Source of the DNA: Massalongia carnosa
Lineage: Eukaryota
Assembly (NCBI GenBank): GCA_965645245.1
Contig: OZ287068.1
Span: forward strand, 2,418,001-2,482,000
Length of the DNA stretch: 64,000 nucleotides
Direction of reading: 5' to 3'
Shown here: in pieces, positions 12,503 through 25,082 of the stretch
Position numbering within the stretch: the first letter of the stretch is position 1
How the letters are laid out: every line of letters starts with the position of its first letter
The notes under the pieces: generated by a model
Seen by the model: only the letters and a program-made list of their open reading frames with translations
What the model was told of the DNA's origin: nothing
Database searches by the model: none
Made by a program: the position numbers and the translations under genes

Positions 12503-13733
12503 CTAGTTCCCCTGACGCAAGAGCTTGAAAATGGTCACCATGCGCGCGTTCTGACCCGGTGAGAAGCCGGTATAACTGCTGCTGATCAGTCATGATGATG
12601 ATGATAAGAAGAACAACATAACAATAGCAAGGACTTCCTACTCTGCTACTCGTCCACCCCTTTCCCGGGAACGGAAAAGGAGGAAGCCATGCGAAAAGAA
12701 AGAAGAAAAAAACTCACCACTCATCGCTGCTGTAATCCATGAAATTCCAGACCGGATCCCCCCCGGGGCCCTTGCCCGGGCAGGTGTCCTTGCCGACGGG
12801 ACAGCCCTGGGTGCTGGTGGCCTCCTGCCTCGTGTCGTCAATGTAATCGCCGGGGTTGGCGTTAGCGCAGCTCTCGCCCTGGAAGGTGTGCAGGAGGCCG
12901 AACCAATGGCCGACCTCGTGCACGGCGGTGCCGCCGAGGTTGTACCCCTGCAGCGGGCCGCCGGGCATGCTCTGGGCGAGGATATTGCAGCCGTCGCTGG
13001 CGTAGGCGGAGCGGGGAAAGGGGACGCTAGTGGCGCAGGAGGGGGAGGAGGGGCAGGGGGTGGCGGGGGGGTGGGTGATGACGGTGGGGAGGGTGCAGTG
13101 GCCTAAGATGATGGTGGGGGGGCCGTTGGGGGCTTGGGAGGGGGCGGAAAGGTTGGTTTGGAAGTATAGGTTCAGGGCGGCGTAGGAGCCAGTGCGGAGG
13201 ACGGATTTCATGGCCGAGGAGGCGGTGTCGGTGGCCCAGGCGGTATTGATGGTGTAGGTGTATGGCAGGATGCGGAAGGTGATGTTCGCGGGGCTGTAGG
13301 CGGTGTTGAGGACCGTGGCCTGGAAAGAAAATTAAAAGGGGTGAAGGGGTTTGGGAGAGCGGGAAGCGGGGGAAAGTCGCAGACGCACTTGATCGTTGAA
13401 GAATGCGGCGATGGCATCTTGCGTGTAAAGGTGCGCCTGGTCCAACGTGGTGACGAAATGCATATACGTATCCACCACGATGCCCGCTGGCGCTTGGCGC
13501 GAACGTAGCCGGTGCTGGCCATGGAGCTTCGCGTGCGCAGAACGCAGCCCCTCGCTCGGAGGACCGGTGCCGCATGCGCGGGAGATGGTGGTGTGGGCTT
13601 CCTCCAGGCGGAGCGGGGGGTTGGGGGACCCGAGAGCGAGCGGTGCGGTGCCGCAAAGCAGAAGGAGGAGTAGGAGGAGGAAGAAGAAGAAGAAGAAGAA
13701 GAAGAAGAAGAGTCGGTTGGAAGAGAAATGCAT
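12503..13733 (-). CDS. Secreted M43 (pappalysin/Mep1-like) zinc metalloprotease, 3 exons
   Basis: Hydrophobic signal peptide, RACGT propeptide, HEVGHWFGLLH (HExxHxxGxxH) and Met-turn NFMDYS. Last exon YTGFSPGQNARM...TAG at 12503-12505. Confidence 0.88.
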
Positions 13734-14285
13734 TCTTGCGTCAAGGGGCTTTGTGGTGATTTCGTTATATGAGTGCTTGTTATGCAAGGGGGGGGGGGGG
13801 GGGGTTGGGAGGTTGGAGGAATGGGGAATACCCATGCGTACAGCGGTTGGGCGGAGTAGATGTAGGGAAATGTTATATGAGAGATCGGCTAGCGGGCTGG
13901 AGATGGCTTCACCTCGCCATTGAGAACAGGCCCCATGATGTCAGCGGCGTAGACAACACCGGGATCGGAATTTCGAGATTCCACACAGAAGCTTCCGATG
14001 GTGTTGTTTTGGGACGCTGCTTGCGGACATTCCTGAGCTCTCAGCACAAAGCAGATGCTTCGGCTGAAATTACGCTTGTAAGCAAGAGTCACCAAGATGT
14101 AGCCTCAAAGTTAAATAGGCCGGTGCGTTGCCATGAAATGCATGATTGAAACGACAGTCAAATGACGAGTTCCTTAGCTCTATTGGATGGCAACAATTGA
14201 GATTCATGAAAGATAACGTTTATCAGATATATCAAAACGCCCAACTCCAAGCCCACATTCCATACCAAAACATAAAAAGAAGACT

Positions 14286-15888
14286 TCATGCTGCATCATT
14301 TCCAGGTCTGGAAATTCCGGTCGCAGTCGCCGTGCTTGGCTGGTCATTGTTCCACGACAAGTAGGTATGGTCTCCGAGTTTTCTATAAACCAGCTCAGCA
14401 CGTCGTAATCAGAAAAACGAATAGGGACATACCTTGGCTTGATGAGGTGTGCTACCGTGAACAAGACACCCAGGACAATGCAAATGCCTCCAACGACAAC
14501 GTAGGCAATGCCGAGGAATGGATTCTTCCCTCCCATGACCGTTCGAGTCGAGATGATAATTGATTTAGTTCCGCCGTAGTCTGTGACCGGGAAATCTAGA
14601 ATGCTTTAGCATCTGACTAGTTGAGGCCTTTGATCGACGTACTAAGTTCAACTTCCACCTGATATGTCCCGCACTTCATGGTGTCGTGGTCGTTTCTCTT
14701 CGCGAGCTTGCTGAAGGCTGGAAGACCTGCGGTTCTCATCCAGACCTGAAATTCTTCGTCTTCGTTTAAGTTTGGTGGAGGATGCTCGGCGGTGTAACCA
14801 TTAGGCCATCGTTCCTTCCAGTTAGGCGGCACGGCAATATCTTCGGGCTTATATTTGGTGTTGCCGTACAAAGCTTTATCGCTGTCCCAGGAGATTCCCT
14901 TGTTGGTCATTTCGTAAGTCTTGTTGGGCTCGCTACTGTTGGTGGTACTGATTAGAAAAACCTCCCTAAACGTATCATTGAACAACGAGTTGGCAATAAG
15001 TCCACACGGATAATAAGGTTTATTGGCCTTATCATCCACCTTCAACGGGTCACAGAATCCTTTTTGAATGTCAGGCACTGATAGCGCGTCGCCCCTGAGC
15101 TGATGTGTATCTAACGACTTCACGTAGCGACGGTGATTTTGGTAAAAATTCGTAAGACGGTAGTAAAACAGTACCGGCGGCTCTAGGTCTTGAGGGATGG
15201 CGAAATTCAGAGTGCATATCGTGGTGGGAGTTTTCTTCGTATCCGTTCCATATTTGATGTGGTCAACTTCGTGCCTCTGCCATTGCGCGCCTCGGGCAAG
15301 CGTACAGTGTCCCGACTTGAACGACGATGACACTTTGTCTGACGGGATGTCATGGAACTCTTCCGGATTCGTTGCGGTACGTAGAGGTGCCAGTGTTTGA
15401 CACTCAGAGTAGTCAATGATTAGCTCTTGCACCTACTACCCATATCAGCGAAACTTGCGCCCATGACAATGACTCCGATCGACTTTGAGTATCCGCCATG
15501 CACGAACCTGAGCGCTTGCGTATAGCAGCAGTCCCCCGATGGGTGCAAAGATGATGCCAATTGCGAGGAACAGCGGTAGAACCGTCTTTGGCGTTAGAAT
15601 GGGCCTACGAGTGGCAGGTTAACAATTTGAGCAGAAGAACGAGCTCCAACGAATCGACCAGGGATCTCACTGCCATGCTTTCAGTCGCTGCTGCCGGAAC
15701 GCAGTATCTAACACCCACAAGATCCGCATCAGCCTTTATGGGCCGAAGGAGATGACCACTTGCTGGCCTGACTGGAGAGGATGCATGAACTTACTTGCTG
15801 GCCTTCTACTCTTTGATTGCTTTGGAGCGTCCTGATCATGCGCTTGAGCATCTATTGAGTCCGTATGGGCAACCGGTCTTTGAGACAT
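14286..15888 (-). CDS. CDC50: CDC50/LEM3 family flippase beta subunit
   Basis: [84 protein letters not shown] and [14 protein letters not shown] at 14286-14288. Confidence 0.93.
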
Positions 15889-17544
15889 CTTGGTTTTGCC
15901 TTCAAGATGAAAAGGCTGAGCATTGATAGATGAAGAGAGCCTGGAGAGGTTCTTGTTCGATATTACCCCAAATTTCGGCTGACGGCGGAGTCTGTTGCTC
16001 TCCGTTACTGTCGCAGAATGCGACGCAGCATTCACAACTATTTATAGCAAGCTGTACATGCTGATCTTTGCATAACTAACCAACATAACTAGTTGATGCA
16101 GTACTCAGTCACGTGATTGGCTGAGTCGCACTTTCTCTCGTAAATATGGTTTGAATCCCACAGAAAACCGTTGAAATCTAACAGAAGTGGGGGAAAAGAG
16201 AGAAATACATACACTGTGAAGGACGTCACATCCCTATCCTGGAAGTCTTACGCGATTGGAGATCATAATGTTTGTTGTTGGATATCTAAGCAGTTTTTTA
16301 AAGCTTCATCAGCCTCCCTAAATGTTTCTCTGAGTATGTATGCTCTACATGCTGCTGAAGAATATATGACCCAAGTACTAAAGTTTCCATAGTTATCTGC
16401 CTCTGTGCCATATACTCCAAAATGCAGGAAATTCGCAGGCTGGAGAACACCACTTTATCTTTTCTAAGTATCAAGCGTTAAAATCGATCGCTTTTCTCCA
16501 CGAGGATCTTTTATACATGAAGAGAATTTTACATTTTCGATTCCAATTCCATTCTCCCACTCTCCCCCTTTCCCCTCAAGCCTCCTCATCCCTCCCCAAT
16601 ATCCCCGAAATATCCCCTCAGCCTCCCCTCCCCCCCTCCCAAACCAAACCCAAAGAGAGAGAAAGAGCAGCACACATGAAGGGGAAAGGAAGAAAGAAAA
16701 GAACCAAGGCTCTATTTGGGGAGGAGGAATAGAAAAAGGAACGGAGGAAAATGGCGATATCAAATTCGCATACATACATATATACCCATATACAGACAAA
16801 AAGATGAGTGAGAAATAGTGGACCAAACAAAGTATCTCGGGGAATGCCGGAGTGTGGCGGTCAAGTCGAGTCGGGACGAACTGGAAGGATGAATTCTCCG
16901 TGGTAGGTAGACGAGAAGTGATTCACGGGGCAAGGCGCTAAGTAGTCGGAAAATAGTGAACAATATACGGATAGCCAGAATAGTCACGCGGAAACCCCGA
17001 TTGCGAATCAGATTTATTCATGCTGGTAACAACTCGCCGCCGCCACCACCAGCAGGCAAACGGCGGAGTTTGGTCCTGCTACTAAAGTAAAACTAGCTAG
17101 ATAGATATTCAAAGTTGCCCACCTCCTTTCCTCTCGAACGATCCTGGCTTTCACAGCGCCAGAAACTTCACCCACCGCTTCATCACATCGCCCCTCGTAC
17201 TGATCCAGCGAATTTCACCCAACCCCCGGAGATGCATGTAATCGCCAATGCGTCCCGTTCAACAATAAATCTGGCGAGAGGAGTGTGTAATGTCCCAGAG
17301 CAAAAAAAAAAAACACATGATTGTAGATAAAATGGAGATGAACTGTCATGCTGTGCGGGACCAGACAGCTAGCCTTGGACAGAAACGGTAGAGAGGGGGG
17401 TTGGTCATCAAGTATGGTATCGCCAAAACCCCGGTAAATGCACGCTAGATAAAGAGGAGATAGCCATTCCGTAATGAAACATGATGTCGTAAAGGAGCCA
17501 TCAACGACGTGCCGATTCAGGAAGGGAGCACGCCAGCTGAGAGC

Positions 17545-18720
17545 TTACAGGAGGTGTTGGAAGTAGACCGCGTTGAACCAGCCCACTTTATCGTAGGCGG
17601 TCCACAGCTTGCTGGCCTTGTTGACGTCAATCTTGCAAGCTTGTTGAGCGTCCGTCTTGCGAAACTCCTTGTTGATCCGCAAAGCGTTCAACCGCGCTTC
17701 GAAGATCCGTCGTTTGCTGCAAAGATAGGTGGCACAGCTCAGGCGCAGGGTCGATGCGAGATTCAGCTCGGCTTCGTGGAGTTTTCCGCGGTCGGCGTCG
17801 TTGGTAAGATCCAGCAGATTGCTGCTGGGCCAGTCCGCCTTCAGCGCCTTGGGGTTGCCAAGGGGCAGAGTCGAGGTGGGTGGCGAATAATCCGGCAAAG
17901 CGTTGTAGTCCACATCTTCCGGACGCTTGGTAGCCGGAGCCCGCGTCTCCGGTGTGGCGGATCGGCCCTGGGCGGGATAGGCAAGGAGCCTCGCCTTGGG
18001 CGATGCCTTGGGAGTGCGTTTGGCCCGCGGGCTGGAAGTGGCCGTCAGGGCAGCCGCGGCGGCTTTGATCGCTCGCTTCGGCGGCTTGACGGCGGGACCG
18101 GGAGCGATGTTGACCAGCGGGGATGCCTTCGTGCCCGGTTTGGCACAGATCCGTTTGGCTCGCCAATACTGCTCCTCCGTCTCCTCGCGCGTTCGCTTCA
18201 TGTAGGCTCCAGGATCACGGTTGTACATGCGGCCAATGTGGGAGACGCAGGACAAGGCGAGCAGGTATTCTTCCCGCGTGGGTCGGTTCACCTTCTTGTT
18301 GAATTGTGCCATGTGCATCGACATGTGTTTGGCGACAATCTCCTCTGGCATCATGTTCGACGGCTCTGGCGGGAACAGCGGTTGATCGATCGGGATCTCG
18401 GAGTGGTCCGAGGGGGTGGGATAAAGGACAGGATCTCGGGTGGCGTGGGAACCTTCGTCCTTGCCTCCCCCATCAGTGATGGTATCTCTGTGGTATTGCT
18501 TCTCGAGCCACGGCGAAACGGGTGGAGATGGTAGGATGGCTGTCGTCGGGGTAGCGCGAGATGGCGAACGGGTCATTGGAGCGAGTTTGTTGCCTGGGCT
18601 GAGCGACGGCGGTGGGATGTGATATGCCTGCTCAGTGGCGTTAAGCGTCGGGCTGAACGACTCCAACGGTTTGGCCTCTGGCGGAGACATAAGGCTTGAA
18701 ATGGATGGAAGGCGTGTCAT
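17545..18720 (-). CDS. SWIRM domain protein (Fun19-like)
   Basis: LPSISSLMSPPE, LPDYSPP, LHEAELNLASTLRLSCATYLCSKRRIF and FRKTDAQQACKIDVNKASKLWTAYDKVGWF. An upstream exon cannot be excluded. Confidence 0.9.
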   Translation of the reverse strand: MTRLPSISSLMSPPEAKPLESFSPTLNATEQAYHIPPPSLSPGNKLAPMTRSPSRATPTTAILPSPPVSPWLEKQYHRDTITDGGGKDEGSHATRDPVLYPTPSDHSEIPIDQPLFPPEPSNMMPEEIVAKHMSMHMAQFNKKVNRPTREEYLLALSCVSHIGRMYNRDPGAYMKRTREETEEQYWRAKRICAKPGTKASPLVNIAPGPAVKPPKRAIKAAAAALTATSSPRAKRTPKASPKARLLAYPAQGRSATPETRAPATKRPEDVDYNALPDYSPPTSTLPLGNPKALKADWPSSNLLDLTNDADRGKLHEAELNLASTLRLSCATYLCSKRRIFEARLNALRINKEFRKTDAQQACKIDVNKASKLWTAYDKVGWFNAVYFQHLL

Positions 18721-19749
18721 ATTTGTCGACGTGGTGGGGGATGGAGGAAGTTGATGGTAGGAGGAAGTTGGGTCGAGATGGAGCACGACACAATGTGCTG
18801 TACTTCTGAGTGGAAGTCAATAGAAGGACATGGAGATCAATATCAATATGGTTATTCGATGATTTGTCATTCGTGAATGGCCACCATTCCGAACGAGTGG
18901 CAAAGAGTTGTTGACGAGTCAATGCCACCACTTAGTCTGCATCGGAATTGGGTCAAATATTTGACGAATTGGAGATGTCGCGAGAAGGTAGTGATGGGTA
19001 TCGTTCTGTCCAGCAGTCAATGGGGGAGTTTAATGAGTTGCGGTGAGATTGATAGGAATGGGAGCGAAAGGCTTGTAAATGGGTTGGGGGCGGATTGGGG
19101 AGATTTTATAGTGAAACGGTTTGCTTTCAAGGCTGCCGCCGTGTGAGTGAATCAGGGAAGGCAGCAGTCGCAGAAGATGAATGACTCTGAGATCAAAGAA
19201 GGCGAATGACTCTCTATCCGTCCAACTCTCTCGCTCGCTCGCTCTCGTTCGTTCGTTTCTATTGACCTTGTCTTTCTTTTTCCGTTTGGATCATGTTCAC
19301 TGGGTTCAGGTGGTTCAATTAGCGGCAACGCACAGATTCAATAAAGGATTTAGAGGGGGAGGGAGAGGGAGAAGGGAGAGGGGAGAGGGGAGAGGGGAGG
19401 GGGGGATGGGTCTCAGGTATAATATGAAGTGATGGTGAATAAGGCAGAGCTTTTGCGAGGCGTAGTCGGCGTAGCGGACAATAATACGCAACAGGCAACA
19501 GGCAACAAAGGAAGGTCGATGACTGTGGAGTGATGACCATGAATGACCTAGGAATGACCTAGAAATGACCTGTTCCAGAACGATGAATGGACTAAAAAGC
19601 GAGTGGGTGGGCGTGTTGCTATTATTGTCGACTCATCGGTTCAGGTCATTGATCCCATTGAGGCCATCTGATTGGTCAATGGCTGAACACCAGATGCAAT
19701 GATGGAGAATGGAGAATGTTCCTCCGAGTGAGGCGACACCGATCACTTT

Positions 19750-19848
19750 GGATGGCTTGAATGGCTTGAATGGCTTGAATGGCTTGAATGGCTTGAATGG
19801 CTTGAATGGCTTGAATGGCTTGAATGGCTTGAATGGCTTGAATGGCTT
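19750..19848. repeat. Tandem repeat (GAATGGCTT) x11
   Basis: Ten perfect units plus one imperfect first unit. Confidence 0.97.
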
Positions 19849-20119
19849 AGAGAGTGGCAGAACCCTATCATCGGGCGTCAATGCTCTAAAGGAATTGGGG
19901 GGGGAAAGGAAGACGACGAAAGGATGTGATGAGATTTCCACGCGAAGCGAATGAGCGATGACTCTTCGTACGTCGATTCAGGATTAGGTGGGTCGCACGA
20001 CACGTAACTACACTACTCTACTCTCCGTACTCTAGACTCTAGACTCTAGAGACTCTGACGGTGGTAGCCTAAGCTAGCGGGAAGCTAGCGTCATCGGCTT
20101 TGCTGCATACAGCGGTCCA

Positions 20120-20175
20120 GAGTGCTATGTACGGAGTGCTATGTACGGAGTGCTATGTACGGAGTACTATGTACG
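20120..20175. repeat. Tandem repeat (GAGTGCTATGTACG) x4
   Basis: Three perfect units and one with a single substitution. Confidence 0.95.
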
Positions 20176-20582
20176 TTTCTGCATGCTCGTTTTACGCCGT
20201 ACGTTGTACGCTGTATGCTGTACGCTGTATCGAGTGGTCATAGAGTGCCACAGTGCATACCCATTCCGACCAAGGGACCCTGTCAGAAAAAGCATGTCAT
20301 ACACAACCCCAGTTAGCGAGTTGAGCTAGACCAGCACCTATCCGCATCCGATGCTGATTCAGATGGATTAGATAAAGGATCTTTGCCCTTAACGAGAAAT
20401 CCAATTGACTTCCCTTAGGTGCCTCGGCATACTGTATTGATTCGCCTCGATAGAGGGGGAACAACCGTCCTATTCAATTCATGATGGATTCTTTGTCATC
20501 ACTTCCCCCGAACGAGCATCTCCCATTACATTCTAAATGTTTCTCCCAGCAATCCAAGGGTCTCGGATCAACCCTCTCAATG

Positions 20583-20667
20583 GGTAACTGGCAACTGGCA
20601 ACTGGCAACTGGCAACTGGCAACTGGCGCTGATAATGGCAATGGCAATGGCAATGGCAATAGCAATG
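20583..20667. repeat. Adjacent tandem repeats (GGCAACT)n and (AATGGC)n
   Basis: Read directly from the sequence. Confidence 0.9.
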
Positions 20668-21681
20668 AACAACCAGTCTCGTCATCAATGGCATAATTCA
20701 AGGAAGTCATTCGTGCGAGATCAGGTCATACCCCCTCATGTCAATGGACATGGACATGGTTCACTTTCTCACAAGTTTCAGTCATCTGTTTCAGTCATCT
20801 GCTCCTTCCACACCCGCACTGGACTGGATCCAACATCCCTTGTTGGTAGCGTACATACTACCGTAGTCACCGGATGGACGTCGGTTGATGAGTAATATCA
20901 GATTCCCTATCAACCGGTGGAAAAGGAAAGAAAGCTCCGGAGGGATCCGTACGACGATTAGTGAAAGATGGACGAGATAGATTATGATGCACGTGATGTC
21001 GTGATATCTTGACGCTCCTGTCCATAATGTGACGATATCGTTGGAATCTATACTACAGAGTATGAGTTGCATGAGTGTTTCAAGTGTTTGCCTCATTTTC
21101 TAGCTCTATCAACGGTTGTACCTTGCTCGAAACTCTTCAGGCCCTGTATACTCGAAAGGGAAATACCCAAGTTTCCTGCATCAACGCTACAATGGAATAT
21201 CTATATCCTCAGGAGTGTATAACCTTGCAGTCTTCACCAACACAACGCTGTTGCAAGACGTATACTCTGTTGCCTCTTGATATGATTGATATGGTTTCTT
21301 TAAACCAACGAAAAGGGCATTTTCTCAACTCTCGTAAAGTTTCCATGCCCTAATGGCGCCATTGAGGAAAACCCTCCCTGCTACGGTGACTCGCCGGCTA
21401 GTATGAAAGTGTCGAGGAGTCTGTTCACTCGGACGTGTCTTTGGGAGGTCCCTCCAAGAAATATCTTTGGCATCTCATCTCCGTGTATGTCTTGTGCGCC
21501 GCATCTCATCGACTCACATCTCGCGGTTGGAGCCTGCATAAAAGCTGTACCGCTCTTATCATGAACCAAACACCTCAATTGACAGCGTTTGATCCAGTGA
21601 GCTGTATCTCCATCTCAAATCCCCCCGGTCGATGGATCTCCTAGGTGGCATCCTGATTACTGCATGGCTAACCGTGAGATA

Positions 21682-22130
21682 ATGACAGACGAGCAGCAGC
21701 ACTATAGACGGATCCCCGGTGGAAGCCCTCGCCTGCGGCTTGGAGCTTCAAGAAATACGTCGCCGGCAAAGTGCCGAGCGGGCTGTTTACTTGCACCGTG
21801 GCACCCTACCGTCCCGTACGACTAGAGCGAGAAACGTACAAACAGCTTACTGTCTCCATCGACGCTGGCCTTGGGAATGGAACGAGGATGGCACGCTTAC
21901 AACGGAAGGAGTAAGTCCATCGCCGCCTAGCCTCCAGGGTCTCAATCAAACTAAAAGGAGACAATGCAAGCTCCGAAAGCGCGAATTTGTGCCCAAGTGG
22001 CCCATGCGTCCTTCGGGGAAAGCAGCTACCCCGGCAGCGATGGAACAGGTAAACTTTTTGCATTATTTTTCTAGCCCCCATCCTGAGGGAAAAAGCAACT
22101 TTGCTAAGCGTTTGCCAGTTCGAGCGTATG
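21682..22130 (+). pseudogene. Possible degraded fragment of a fungal hypothetical protein
   Basis: EFVPKWP...FLHYFSSPH...AKRLP resembles a motif recalled from uncharacterised fungal proteins. No clean gene structure. Confidence 0.3.
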
Positions 22131-23304
22131 ACTCAAGTCGTAACGTGCATGAGGCAACCCCGATGCGCCGTTTGCTCCGCAACGTTCGATGCAAACGGCG
22201 CCATTGGGGGAATCGTGCCTCGCCTCTGTTGCTGCACGCCCATGTGCGTGGTCTGCCACGTTATAAGTTTGGAGGGGCCCAGCAGAGCGTGTATGGTGCG
22301 CGGGATGGTCGTGCCCCAGGGCTAGCGGTCAGTTTCCGTCAGGGTGGATAGGGGGAAATCTTGTGTTGCCAGCATCATCATCATCAACCTAAAACCACTC
22401 TCCTACATTAACTTAGCTAAGTTACTCTATCTTCATCCCCAACACTCCCGCTACCCTCCCTCCCACGCAACGTCAACCAAACTCCCACCGTTCCGCTAAA
22501 TACCCCCCTGTCCTCCTCCTCCTCCTCCTCCTCCTATCCCCCCCCCCCTTTCTCGCGTGAACCCAATATAGCGAGAGAAAGAAAAAGACAAGCCACCCCC
22601 CTTTTTTACTCCCGGATCGCAGCGAGGGGCTAAGGTATCTACCTCGGGTATATATATCTACCTATATACCTCCTATAATCAAAACCAACTGTACCGAAAC
22701 TTTGGGAGAAGGAACTTGATGGGGATGGGGTGGGATACGATGGGATAACGGACACATATAACACGTAGCTAGGTGAATAGGTGGGTGCTCTGGATACAAG
22801 TAGGTTAAACAGATAGATAGATAGACGGACAAGTTGATTGATTAGTTAAGTAAGTAGGTAATTAAGTAAAAATTAGATGAATGTCGTTATCGTGTTACCT
22901 AGCTAGGTATCTACAACACCTCCCCGTTTCCAAAACCCCCAACCCCCCAAACTCCTTACCTCTTATCCCAAGTTCAATCACAAACTTCATATCTCTTCAC
23001 TCTCTCAGTCCTTAATTTCTCAACATATACCTATCATAACAAAAACCCCCCGTTTTAAAAAATAACAACAACAACAACAACAACAAAATAAACAGAAGAA
23101 AAAAAAAGAGATTTCATTATATATATATATAGATATGAATTCAACGAGTTGATCGACTTAGTTGGAAAATTAGTGAATGAATGAGGCTAAGTATGTAAGT
23201 GAACCCCCCCGTCGTCGTTGTCGTCGACGAAACTGTTTTTTAAACTATGTATCGCACCCGAAAACGAACGATTGATTTTTCTTGTTATGGGACTGTGTTG
23301 GTTC

Positions 23305-23307
<3 letters not shown>

Positions 23308-23340
<33 letters not shown>
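23308..23340. repeat. (TG)n microsatellite
   Basis: Read directly. Similar simple repeats at 12265-12288 (AC) and ~45900-45920 (GA). Confidence 0.95.
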
Positions 23341-23344
<4 letters not shown>

Positions 23345-24048
23345 TTCATGTTTTTGTTTTCTGGTCCCCCGCAAGGGAGGGTTGGAGAAATGGAAGCGTT
23401 ATTTTCTCCTCAAATCACTCATTTCACTCACCCCCTGTTATGCCCAATAGTGCTTTTGCAAATTCTGTAGGTAGATAGATAGATAGATGCGAGAGAGTAA
23501 CTATAGATGAAGAGGGCAAGGGGGGGGGGGGGGGTGGTTAAAAAAAGGTACACCTATGAAAACTCCGTCGTGGGCCTCGGGTTTGGCCGGTTTATTTTTT
23601 TCGTACTGATTCTAGGAGATAGAAAGGTCCGGGGGAAAACGAATCATCAGGCTCAGGAAAGGTCGGGTTAGGTCAGGGCAAGCGGGTTATCATTCTCTCC
23701 TATTCCTATCCCTATTCCTTGCGCGATCGCCATTCAATGAACCGCTTTGTGCATCAACTCGGCAGCAAAACCCCCTTTTTCTGGCACTTATGCTTCAGCA
23801 ACCCCCCCTCGGACCGAAGATCTTACAAAACATGCACAGCTGAAAAACGAAAATACTCATAGCGCCACTATGCTTTGCTCCTTCCTTCCCTTTCAACACT
23901 TGCCCAACGGGGATGGTGGTTTTTTTATGCGGATTTGATGGTGTGCATGAAGAATGACGATGAAGAAGATACCAGTGCGTATGGTGAAATCTCTCAATCT
24001 AGCGCCTGCCGTTTTTTTGCGGGATCGAACGAAGGTGATGAGGGCGGT

Positions 24049-25082
24049 CTAGTTGGCGCAAACCGCTTGGATGTGGCCAGGCTGCTTGCATTTGTAGCAA
24101 ACGCGCTCCGTGCTTGGTTCCGTAGGGCAATCGCGGCTCAGATGACCAACTTCACCGCCTGCGTACCATTAGTGTCCGGATGGATCTGACAAGGTTTCTG
24201 CAACAAACGTACAGTTGTAACACTTCTGGCCTTGAGTGCAGTCGCGAGACAAATGGCCGTAGCCACCGCAAGAATAACAGTTCTGTCCTTGGCGCCCTCC
24301 CGCACCAGCGCCATAAGCACCCCCTCCGCCACCACCGTATCCCGCCTGAGCCTGGTATCCGCCGCCGTATCCACCTGCACCGGCTTCATTGCAGTTGCGA
24401 GCGATATGGCCGACCTTGCCGCACTTGTAGCATTCCTGGCCACCACCGCCACCGCCTCCGCTAGAGTAGCCGCCTGCACCAGCACCAGCGCTCATACCTC
24501 CTCCTCCGCCGGCATTGGCGCCAGGGTTGGAGCAATCACGCGAAATATGGCCAGCTTCGCCGCAGCGGTAGCAAGACTTTTCCTTTTGCGGCGCGTTGCA
24601 TTCACGGCTCACATGGCCTTCTTCGCCGCAGTTATAGCAGGTTGGTGTGCCACGCTTTGGGCAGTCGCGGGCCTGATGAGAGTTATCACCGCCTATTTGG
24701 AGAAACGTTAGTATTGGCAGTGATGTAAACTTCCTTGAAAAACCTGGTACTAGAAAGCAGAAGCATCTTTATGGGTGGGTTTTCTGCGAAAAAGAATGGT
24801 AAAGCACAGCGAAATAGTATCTCTTGCTATTGCTTTACAATCATCGTTGCTTCCCAAATAAAGACACCATATCGAGCGGTTGGTTATCAGGAAAAACCAC
24901 ATATCGATCAGCACAGACCGCATGGTTTTTGAGCACATAACAATCAAGGGCCCTTGATATCGCCATCCACGAAAAAACGCCGAAAGATCAAATAGTTCTC
25001 ATGAAAGGAAATTGTGTGGAAAAATCATAAAAGAGTACTAACAATTGTAACAACCGCGTCCGCCTGGCGCCTGATAATCCAT
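24049..25082 (-). CDS. GIS2: CNBP/Gis2/Byr3-like CCHC zinc-knuckle RNA-binding protein, 3 coding exons
   Basis: ATG at 25082 ([13 protein letters not shown]). Seven CX2CX4HX4C knuckles with Gly-rich linkers. Intron 24693-25042 and a 5' UTR intron at ~25103-25204. TAG at 24049-24051. Confidence 0.92.

Noticed and set aside
17509..18534. 341-aa + strand ORF
   Set aside because: Antisense shadow of the GC-rich SWIRM gene. The same applies to 10374-11072, 24232-24711 and 37251-37787.
19633..19954. ORFs with KPF/GLN repeats
   Set aside because: These are translations of the 9-bp tandem repeat with no other coding evidence.
19750..20667. CRISPR-like arrays
   Set aside because: Head-to-tail repeats with no spacers, no cas genes, and eukaryotic DNA.
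22136..22348. SSU rRNA 3' end with an intron (AAGTCGTAAC ... TTTCCGTCAGG)
   Set aside because: Only ~10-nt matches, the flanks are not rRNA, and there are no group I core motifs.
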